Shown here: piece by piece, positions 38,901-50,900 of the stretch
How positions within the stretch are numbered: position 1 is the first letter of the stretch
How the letters are laid out: each line of letters starts with the position of its first letter
Made by a program: the position numbers and the translations under genes
Assembly (NCBI RefSeq): GCF_018977255.1
Contig: NW_024704743.1
Span: 53,942,001 to 54,006,000, forward strand
Reading direction: 5' to 3'
Source: Callorhinchus milii
Lineage: Eukaryota
DNA: 64,000 nucleotides
The notes under the pieces: generated by a model
Database searches by the model: none
Seen by the model: the letters and a program-made list of their open reading frames with translations, nothing else
What the model was told of the DNA's origin: nothing

Positions 38901-41900
38901 TAACATCCACCTGAACAGGCAGACGGGACCTCGGTTTAACGTCTCATCGAAAAGGCAGCTCTCCTATTTGATACAATGAAACATTCCAGCATTTCTCTTT
39001 AATGCATAATGAAAATTACACTAAATTCAACCAGTTAATGTGTTCTGATGAATCCATTGCTTAAGAGCATTTTTATTGTTATTTTCCTTGTTTTTTTCAA
39101 TCTTCAATTTAATTTTTACTAGGTAGTGCAGAGTTAATCAAAGATTGTCATACCAACAGAAGCAGGTGTTGTTTGTGAGTGTGTGGTTTGTGATTCCAGT
39201 GAACAACAGCTTACATTTGTAGAGCGCCATTCACGTAAGAGAAATAACTCAAAGCACTTTACCAAATGAGATTAATTAAAAATGAAGTGAATGTTCTGTG
39301 GGCAGTGGATAATTGCAACAGGACACCTACCAAGTAACACGACGGGTGTCCAATTCATTTCAATTTGGGGTGAATCTGGATGAGGAGGGAGTATTAATCA
39401 GGATAATCAGGAGGATAATGCTATGTTTCTATGAAATAGTGGCAGGGGCATTCCTCAACATGCACCTGAATCAAAAGGTAGATGGAATCTAAAGTAATGG
39501 CTCAATCATAAAAGGGAATGTAGGCAAACAATTTAAACTAGCAATATCCCCCATTCAATAACAATAATCCTTGCATCTGATACAGCACTTTATCGTGTTG
39601 AGATGTCTCAAAGTCCTGCACAAGATTTTACTGTGAAGTATCGTGACTGTGCATTTTGCAGGCGAGCGTGACAGCCAAGTTGCACACAGCAAATGTGTCC
39701 CACAAACAGCCATGAAATGAATGAATAATTTTACCAGAGGGTTTATTGACCACACACGATGAGTTTTACTTAGGAAACAATATTGGCCGTGACACAATAT
39801 GTGTTACATTTATCTTGAAGAAATAGTCTGAACCTGTCGAGGTTCCTAAAGTTTCAGAACACCGGCACCTTCCAGGCACTTGACCTGCCACCAATACCAC
39901 ATACCGCCACCAGGGGGCAAACAACAGTAACCCACTGGTAACTTCAGGCGACTTTCCCTCCTTTAACTTGATCTCGAGCCTGAAATCTCATCTAGTATTA
40001 GCCTGTTGGACCGTTGTGTCTTATATATATGTAATTATATAATTATAATTATATATATTTATATATATAATTCATATATATATATGAATTGTAGAAAATG
40101 TCATGGAAGGTGTTTAAATTTAGCTTTGAAATAGGAAGCCATTCTTAAAAAGAATTCTCCACAATTATGCACTAACATAAGTCTTTTAGACAAAATGGTC
40201 TTACAGCCAGGCCAAGGCTACGTGAAACTGTGGCCATCTCGTGTTTCCCCAAAGCAGCGAGATTCGGTCAAAACACATTCTCATTGGCAACAAGTGTCCT
40301 TCCCCCACACCCCAACCAGCACGTTATAGCACCCCTAGGCTGGCGAAAATAAACATAGATAATCCAGGATAAAATCTACACCATGTGTTTAAATCTCTCC
40401 CAAGCCCCTCCCCCACCAACAAAGTGCTTTTTCCAGGGTTTAAGACAATTGTAATTTCTGGCCTTCTGTACCTTTCTCTTGAAGTAACATGATCTGAAGT
40501 AACTGCTGGAGAAGTCAGATCTGAAGGGAGTTTGTGTGATAATTGACTGTGGAAGGGCTGGAGGCTAGAAACCTCACCAAGAAAGAGGCATGGGAGACTT
40601 TTTTTATTATTATTGTTATTTGTTTTCGGGAATTTATTTTGTGAGAGTGAAATAAACCTGGCGTGTAGCCACTCTTTTTTTTACCTGCTTACAAGATGCA
40701 GTATTGTAGTTTTATGTCCATTGATGTTAACACGCTAAAAAAAAATTTTGACACGCATTTTCCTTCAGCATTTGTCTTTCAAAATGAGTCAATTACAGAC
40801 ACTGTAAATACATGTTTGCCTGTTTAAAGGTAATCATGTCTTATATCCAACTTGGTACGATTATTCTTGTGTTAAGTATATTATAGCTACATGTACAGGA
40901 TAGGTAATAAGGATCTCTGGTGTCTGATTTATGTCCCATGGTTGTGAATTATGGTTGAAATCACAAACAATTGTAATAATACGTGCAAGACACTGCCTCA
41001 CATCTGAATGTCTGAAAGTGTGTCACACAATAAATCATTTTTGAAGTATAGTGACTGTTCATGAGAGGAAACAATAATAATAATCCTTGCATTTGATACG
41101 TCATTGAGACATTTCAAAGCGCTTCACAGGATATACTGTGAAATGTAGTGACTGTGTGCTTTGTGGGTGAAACGCGGCAGTCAATTGCGCACAACGACGC
41201 CCCACAAACAGTCGTGAATTGAGTGACCATATTATTATTATTTGCAATATTTAAATTATTTCCAGCAATGATTTAGCGGTCCACTTTATCAAATGCAATA
41301 TCTTGTGTCCCCATAATTGCAACTACATCACCTTACATGTAACATGGGTCCTTGAGACATTTTGTCTAGTCCAGCCAAATGAGCAAAACCCAGAAGTAAT
41401 ATCATGGAGGTAACAATATATGAAATGTACTGCATTGCTAAGTAGAAATTGCAATGATAATAATTACTATCTGAGTACACCTTATTTGTATTATATTAAA
41501 GACTAGGCAAGCAATGCTAGACAAGCAATATGCGTGCAAAAAAGAGGACGTGCCTTTAGTGACATCAGGAAGGGAGTCCACCTACACTCCACCAATTCCT
41601 CACGGTATTGCTTAGTAAATGATCCGACATAGGACACAAAGGCAGCTGTCAGCAGCACATCTCCATACAGCGTCTCCTCCTGAGCTTTGAAGAATTGAAC
41701 AGATTGGACCCAGCGAACGTTTTCTGACTAAGATAATAAAAACAATGCAATGAAACCATTAGAGAAAGATTAACAAGCTTATGCTTCCATCTGAATCGAA
41801 CCATTTGGACATGCAGAGTATTTTATTCCCAATGTACAATGTTGCTAATATCAATGCACAAGAAGTCTACACAATACTGTACACAACCAGAAGGAATTTT

Positions 41901-44900
41901 AGTGCGAATAATACATGAAAATAAGGGATCCTCTCAGGCAGACCTTTCTCTGTTTTAGGGCAGGATTGATCCCCTTGCATAAGATTTTTAAAGCCCTCTA
42001 CTTCTGTGAACTGCAGTTCAAAAGGGGATAAACTCTGATTATACAACGGAGCCATAAGAAAAAAAAGCGATGTGCACCATCTTAATCACATGGCATTGAA
42101 ATCCCAGCAGACCAATAAACACCCAATCCCCACGTACAGTAAAGTGGTGAACTGCTCTGATCACATTTTCTTCAATTGCCTTGACAATGATGAAAGCATA
42201 AAAGTTATTCAGGTCAGAACAAGCTTCTCATACAGCAATACTAACATAATGAAGAATGAGGCTACATTTTTCACAGCAATGTGTAGCTGGAATTCAGGGA
42301 GTGCTTCAGTTGGAATGCATTGAATGATGTATCTTAATTATTCCATTGCTCCTCACAAGGTTTTTTTTTAGTCACAATACTTTTGATTTCCATGTCACAC
42401 AGGGCACTGTTATTAAGTATAATTAAACCTCCAAGAATCCACAATTCGTAATTTCTTTTATATTTCAGGGTTACTCATTAAAATAATGAGCTCCTTAAAA
42501 AAAGCTTTTACAGAAAGGCTAAAACATCCTAACTATTTGCCCCCTGAAATCAGTAATAAACCCTTTCGCTGATCTGCTGCTGCAGTTACTATCCTTCTGT
42601 GGATTAATTTGATTGTTTTGAAACAATGGTAAAAAATATTTTTGCAAATTGCAGAGAGGATGAGAATATGAAAATGTGAATATGAAAAGTACTTTTTAAT
42701 TGTCCGAGAGTGTTGATTCACTAGCATTGATTTTTTTTCATAGCACCTCGTCATGTCTCAAAATATCTCAAAGGGCTTCAGATTTAATTCTAACAAATTG
42801 GTTTGTAATCAAACGCACAACTATTGCATCAGAAATATTCCAGAAACAGCCATGATGAACCAATTCATATGGAAGATTAGATTATCAGGCAGCACAGCTG
42901 AGGAAACTCACTTCTCTTTCGAATGGTGCCATGGGATTTTTAAAAACTTTTTTTATATACAGTGTGAATTCCATTCTAGGCACAGATCATATTGACCCAA
43001 ACTGATGGAACTGAGCCAAGCAGCCAATAAAATATAGATGTTCGGCTCAAGAACCTTCCTCTAAAACCTACAAACTAAAGGGCGATACATGTTTTCTAAA
43101 ATATTTCATGGTTATGAAATAATCTTGAGGTTGCCTGGAGATTTAGATATTTTGGAGGGTGAGTGGGAAGAATTGCAGCCACACATTTATTATATCTAAG
43201 TTCCACTGCGCCAACTCCTTGCTTGTCGGCCTTCCCAACTCTTCCCTCCACAAGTTGCAGACCACTCAGGACTCTGCAGCTCGTGTCTTCTCCTGCACCA
43301 GGCTCCATGACCCTATCACCCCCATACTCGCCCGGCTCGACTGACTCCCCATTCCCCAGAGGATAGAGTTGAAAATCCTCGTCCTCGCCTTCAAAGCTGT
43401 CCATGGCCTTGCTCCTTCCTACCTCTGCGACCTGCTAACCCCATAATCAACCAGTCTGCTCCCTCCGCTCAGCGGACTCTGGCCTGCATTACATCCCCAC
43501 CTCGCTCGCCCCACAGTCTCTCTGTTCCCACCCTCTGGAACTCCATCCCACAGTCCCTCCACCACACCCCCTTCCTAGCCTCTTTCAAGATCGGTCTCAA
43601 GAGCCTCCTCTTTGACCGAATCTTCGATCACCCTCCTACCCCTACCTCCCTGCTCTCCACCCCTCCGAATCCCAACCGCCAGCTCGGGTGTGAACCCTTG
43701 ACTGTCCTGACATTATACAAATGTAATGTGTTGTTATTAGTTTAAAAATGAATAATTTAAAAAGGCAGATACAATTTTAAATATTAAAACGTGAATAACA
43801 TTTACTGTAATGCCAAAGCAAAGACCAAATGGTGTAACATTTGTTAGACGTGCACAATCACCTGTGTCAATAAATCATTCATTTAATATCGAAAGAACAA
43901 TCGAGCTGTGGAATAATCTATTTATAAAAGGTTTACTGTAATTAACCTATCCTCTTCTCGGCTCTGGTTGGTGGGCAACAACCGCTAAAGTACACAAGTT
44001 GATCTCACAAATGGCTTTGAAAGTTTTGTGAAAAAAATTTGCTGTTCATCAATTCAGAGTCTATTTAGAGCTGCAATAATTTTAACATACCACCCTTACA
44101 TAATTTATCACTGATGACATCTTCCAAGAAGGCTTTCGGAGCCATATCATGTACTGCAATAAATTTTCAGACAGTTAAAAATCACTATAATTTCATCCTA
44201 ATGTGTTATAGATTGCATGTAATGTCATTTTGTCTAAGGTGACCCTTTCTAATTTTCAGCAGCTGTTCGGTCTGGAAGTAAGTTAATGATTAAATATATA
44301 CTGGGGTCTTGCCATATGATTTATTATCCAAATGCTTGTCTGTGATATATAGACAAAATCATCTGTCTTGAAAACACTAAAACGGTTTGAATTGTACTGT
44401 GTTGTTAAAACTAGCTCCATAATGAAATTACCCATCTTGTAGGTTCTTCCCTATTCTTTTGAATGTAACATCATGGTTTTCTTCACCAATAGGCCTTCAA
44501 CATGGAATACAATATAAAGGGGGCATTGCCTCTTTTAAGAAGATTTAAAAATGCCAAGTCATGGGACACCCACTGCTTCTATTATTGAGGAGATCTTCAT
44601 AACGCAACTAGCTTTAGCTGAAAACATTAGTTCAGCCAAGATGCCTTGGCTCTTTGCAACTCTCCTTAAAATCCCTTCTCCGGGCTATTCTCTCCTTGCC
44701 TTCAAAACCCTCTTAAAGATACATCTCTTTGACCGTGGACAATATTGTAAAATTCTCTGCCCTTTCCTCCCTGTTCAATGATACCCATTACCCTTGCAAA
44801 GAGCTTTGAGATGTTCACCTGAAGTGAAAAGCTCTATATATGTTCAACCTGTTGTTCCGATGTAAAATAATAATTGTTTAAAAGGAAGTTTACATATTCT

Positions 44901-47900
44901 GAAGGGGTGAGAACCCATTTCTGTCCAAGGACCTGAAGAAATGGCAGTGTGTGCAGGATGCCTAAATTAAAGAATGAAGAAGAGCCTGCAAGGTTGATGG
45001 TTTCACTTTCTTCCTTACTTGACATCCTTTACATTTTGCTGGCAAACGTCCCAAGTAGTTCCTGTCTTGGAAAAGTGGGGTTAATATTACTCCACCTGAC
45101 CATTGCAGAAATAGCAGGGGTTCATGTTGATGCACTTAAAGGCAATTATAGCCCTTTAACATGGTTTCCCATCTTGAAGGTCCCTATGTGAAGGATAGTG
45201 AATGAGAAACAGTCAATGCTGTGAATTATTATGAGTCAGTTGTTGTAATCTGGGCACATTTACTGATGATCAAATTATTTTATTCAGGATATAGAGTTAC
45301 AAACATTGAGAGTGAGGGATATAAAAGGGTACAGGTAAAGAGCTGGAAATTTGGATTAGATTAAACATCTCCACCTTAGGTTTGGTGAGTCAAATGGCCT
45401 CCTATGCTATAAATTCCATGATTTCATATTTGAACAGGATCTAACCTTACCCATGTCAGTTAAAGCAGATTTGCTCCTCTTATGAACACAGACACTGGTT
45501 ACAAATAGACAACATCAATTAATTTGGGTTTTTTGTCACCACACCTGGTTGGCACATATGCAGTGCTGGAGATGCACCGATTTGTTCTAACTTTGTTGAG
45601 CTTCACTGCTTTAAAGGCAGTTGGGTCTGTGTGTGAATTATGATAATGCCAATAATTCTAATATTTGATATAGCTCCTTTCCCATTTGCATCACAAAGTG
45701 CATCACAGGATTTACTGTAAAGTGTCGTGACTGTGCATTTTGTAGGTGAAATGTGGCCGCAAATTTTGTACAATTAAATGTCCTACATATAGCCACAAAG
45801 TGACTGAATAATTATTTGGGGAATTGTTGATCAGGACACTGGAAGAAACTCCTTTCAGTTTTCAAATAGGGATCTTTAATCTCCACCCGAGCAGACAGAT
45901 GGAGTCTTGATTTAACGTCCTGGCTTGAATCCACAACCATCTAACTCAGAGGTGGGATTGCTACCAACTGAGCCAGACTGACACCCAAATTTGTTTGCAC
46001 TCATCTCTACACAATTTATAATTTTGCTAGTTGAATGAACGGCCACCTTATGTTTGCACCAACAGTGACAATGCCTCTTTGATGGCTCAGTTGGGTAAAG
46101 GCACCATCTTGTGAAGCACTGAGCCATACACTTCTAAAATTGGTACAGCGCTCCATGATAGTGAAAGGAAAAATCTGCCAGCCTTTCCACTCTTATACCC
46201 TGCTGTTTAGCAGTGCCTGCTGGTATGTCTCTGTGTGTGGGCATTGGGTAATAACAGGCTGGGTATTGCTCCAGTGCTCTCCACAGTTCAATTGAGTCCA
46301 ACACACACACATGAAAAATGAGAAAAGTGGCAAAGCAAAACAGTGACATTGAAGCTCAAAGGCTTCCTTTAATTTCACATCTCTGTATTAACCCAAAAAG
46401 ATGAGAACATTTTAAACCCTTTTTTCATTTTAAAAGCTGAACAAAGAACAGGATTTATTTATTTACTCTAGTGTGTGAAGTCTGACATTCTGGACAAATA
46501 GTCACATGCTGCCTCCTCACCTCAAGTCCTTTGACAAGTCGATTTGCCAATTCAATAGTTCTGTTAGTCCGACTCACTTCGTCCTGGCACCGGACTTTCT
46601 CCACTGTGGCTTTCTCAAATCCAGAGGTCAGTCTACCCAGGTTAGTATCCAACTCCTGCACAGACAGATACACAGACACACACACACACAAAATATCTCA
46701 ATTGCTGCTGAACCGATATGTACATTTTAAACACAAGTATAAGATTAACCTTTTAACCTCCTGACTGCTAACGTTTAGCGTTTTTAAAACAAAAAGTCTC
46801 TTGTCTTTCAAACACTTCTTTTTAAGAAGTAATCCCAAACTAGAGTATGAAGCCTTTATTTAATGTTCATCATAATTCCATCCAGAATTCTGCAGCCCAT
46901 ATCCTCTCCCGCACCATGTCTCCCACCCAATCCACCCAACATTGGTGAGTGAGCTTTCAACCACTCTTCCTCCACTCTCTGGAACTTCATCCTAGATCCC
47001 CCTGCCTCACCTCCTACCTCCCCACTTTTAAAATCCACCTCTTTGACTGCCTCATCCTTCCCCTCTCCCCCTCCCCTCACAAAGCTCCGGTGTCCAATCA
47101 GCTGTGTGAAGCGCTTTCCTATGTGAAAGGTGCAACACTGCAGTTTGTAAACCGTTGATTCAATCAAATGACAGATCCAGAGAACAGGATTGAACTCTCG
47201 CTAAAATGTGTTCAAAAACAATTTGCTGGCTGCGACTCCTGCATTTTTGACCCTAATGTCTCCGCTACTTCAACTTCTATTTGGATCTTGTTACCATTGC
47301 ATTAAATCTCCACCACGTATTGGGTTGACACTGTACTGCCAGGGAGTTAAAGAATAGTGTTACACAAAGTGAAAAACAAATGACTCAGCAGTACCTGACC
47401 TAATTTAGTCACCAAGACTATAATGGTAGAATTGAAAAGCTGTGATTATCTGCGGAGAGTACATACTGTGAAGATGTATCATAATTATACCTGTATGCAA
47501 TGGCTGATAATCAACAACAATGGCTCACTGTTTCATCTGTGTTGCTAACTCTGACATGCAAGATCATTGCCCTTCAATGCAATGCTCTCCTAGACTTTGA
47601 AATACGCACAAACGCTCAAGTTCTAGATAAACTATTCACAATTCAGTTTCATTCAAATTGTAACCCATCTTGTTAACATAAAGGGTATAAAAGAATATAA
47701 ACGAGTGCAGGAACAGAGCAGGGAATTTGTATTACTTTAGTGAGCTCCAGTAAAAGAGCTACTTTCCTTTTATAATATTATTTGAGTAAATGTCAACCCC
47801 TGTGGTTCATCTGAAAACCACAGTACCAAAGATCTGTAATTGTTTTCACACCTTTTGACTGAGCAGAGGTTGTGTCATGGTGAGGAATCCCAGATGAGGT

Positions 47901-50900
47901 GTAAATCTCCGATCTCCATGTTTAAATGGTATGGGTCAACTATGGCACAGAGCAAATCCTCTGTGATTTTCCCTGAATTAATAGCCAAGTTGCTAGTGTC
48001 TCTAAGTTTGAATTTTCAGAAGGGTTTGAAGTAAACAGTCAAGAATCAGATGACAGCTTATAAGGTTGAGGATATAGGCACTCACATTAGCTATGGACCC
48101 TGTGCTGTTGGCAACACATATTGGAAATGTAATTGGTCAGACACGAACATTGTGGGGATTTTAAATAGACATTTAAGTGTTTTATCTCTTGGGTCAGGTC
48201 TTCCTTTACTCTTAGCCTTCTCCAAGAATGGATCATATAGATTCTATGAGAGGTATGTGGTCTTTGATGAAACAAGGTGCTTTTACTCATTCCGTGCTTC
48301 CTGAATCTGTGGTACTGAAACTCTCCAAATTCCACTAAAAGTAGGCCATGCACTTACTGAAAGTTTCTTCCTGATGGCTTCTAGCTTTTCAGTTGCTGTT
48401 GCTAACTCAGCATTTGCCTGCGCGAGAGCCTGCCGCTTGGGTTCCACATCACAGTAAACCTAGTATCAGCAATAATATGCGATTAGTAGCTGGAGATTCA
48501 ATGACCAATGATTTAATACACTTTCATATTATATGTATAATCCACATTTTTTATATATTTTCAATTACATATGTGAGGTAAGTTTCTAGTCACTACATAG
48601 AGAACATTTTATTATTATTATAATTATAACAAAAGGTTACAGTACGACTGCTTTCCATTTCACCAGGTTTGTCGGAATCACAAGTACAGAGGCAGCAAAG
48701 ATATGGTTGAGATTTGAAAATCCTATTTTCACAGGAACACGGTCTTAGTTTTGGGAAACAAATGTAAAGATCTCGTATGTATCTCGTCAGGCAAGAACAC
48801 TAAGGAAACAAATTCTGACCACTGGAGGAAGCAAAGAGAACCATTGATTTAGTTGCATTGAGCAGAGATGAAGTGACGTGTGTGGGAGCATACGTGTTCA
48901 TTTGGAAAAACACATTTTACATAGAATTACTTTGAAGGTTACAGCACAGAAACAGGTCATTCAGCCCAATTACTTTGTGCCTGTGTTTGTACACCACACA
49001 AAGCTCCACCCTTCCTAATCTTCTCTCCTATATTTTTCTCCCTCATGAATGTATCAACGTTCTAAATAATCCCACAGATCATTTAGACTTAAGTAAGCAA
49101 TATCGATCTATACAGGGAAGTGTTTTGCACCTGTAAAATGCACGTTGTATACCACTCAGAAAATATAATTGAAGTTACAAACAAAAACCTACCTCATAGA
49201 ATTTGATGATGTTAATAACCCAAGCACAGAGACCTGATGCTGCAAAGGATTTTGTGCAAACCAGATCTGGATTAAAATCTGGATCCTGCAAATACTGTTC
49301 TTTTACCACTTTCAGGGAATTTTCAGGGATATGTTCCTTGTCATAATGCATCAGAGCCTGCAAGAAGTCATCAACCTGTTGGGATCAACACACATTCAGA
49401 ACTTCCATCACTTCTACTTCCTAAATAAATGCACAGAAAATAGAACTGCTGAACTGACTCTTTACGGATACAGTCAAGTTTATACAGGAAGAATCTTTCT
49501 GAATGAGGAATCTAAACAATCTACTATAACAACAACTTGTATTTATATAGCACCCCTCATGCAGGGTAGTGTCCCAGAGCACTCGACTGTGTTGGAGCAT
49601 GAAACCAAGCCGGGGGGAGGTGACCGTATGCACGGTCGAATAAGAAGGTCTTCAGGCATGACCTGAAGATGGGGAAGGATGGGCAAGGCCCTGAAGGGAT
49701 AGAGGAAGAGTGTTCCAGAGTTTCGGGGCATAGTGGCTGAAAGGTTGAAAGCACGGCCACCAATGGTGGAACAGAGGGCACGAGGGACATGCAGAAGGCC
49801 GCATCTATTTACAACAACAACTGGAATTTATATAGTGCCCTTTATAGCAGGGTAGTGTCTTAGAGTGCTGAACAATGGTAGAGTTTGACGCCAAACCAGG
49901 GAGAAAGGGGTGGTGACCGTAGGAAAGTCGATGAAAGTCTTTAGGTGTGATTTGAAATTGGGATTTTTTAAAGATGATTAAACTGTTGTGAACAGAGTGG
50001 GTAGGACACTCCAAAAACATGCCCTTGGAGTAAAATATTTCATAGTGTTCACAAAACCAGTGTGCCCCTAATCAGAGCTTTGCTGATTCTTGAATGGGTA
50101 AATATTATTAGTTAGAATTTATTGTTCCTTTACCCTATAAAGCATCCTACTCCCGTTGCCATATTTTCTTAATTTGGTTACTTCTAGAAGATGCCAATTA
50201 CTGTAGCACGTATAATAATCCTTGCATTTTATATAACATCTCGGGAGGATGACTCAAAGTGCTTTAAAGGAGTTTACTGTAAAATATAGTGAACATGTAT
50301 TTTGTAAGTGAACACGAAAGCCAATTTGCTACCAGTTTCAAAGAACAAAAATAAGATAACCCGACCCTAATTGAAAAAATGTTTACTGGAGGGACCAAGA
50401 CCTATTTCTGCAATGTGTGCTTTATAGGGTCCTGTTTTCTGGATCTATTGACTGAGGTGGATAGATTTTTGTTAGGTAAGGTTATCAAGGGATATGGTGC
50501 AAAGGCGGGTAAATGGAGTTGAGGTATGGATCAGCCATAATCTAATAGAATGGCGGAACAAGCTCAAGGGGCTGAATAGCTTATTCCTGTTCCTATGTTC
50601 CCGATGATTTGGTAAATGCAGGGTGTAGATCAGACAGCAGTCATGTAGAGAATTTCATTTTGAAGCATCAAAGTGGTGACATTTCTCATGACCTTAACTT
50701 TAAAACCATTGTTTTAAAAGATTGCGAACATTAGTCTTAATTTGGTTATTGTTTACCAAATGTGGAAACACGACTACCAAATCATAATAATAATAATAAT
50801 CCTTGCATTTGATATAGCGCTTTTCACGTCGGGAGGACGTCCCAAAGCGCTTCACAGAATATACTGTTAAGTGAATTGACTGTATATTTGTGGGCGAACA

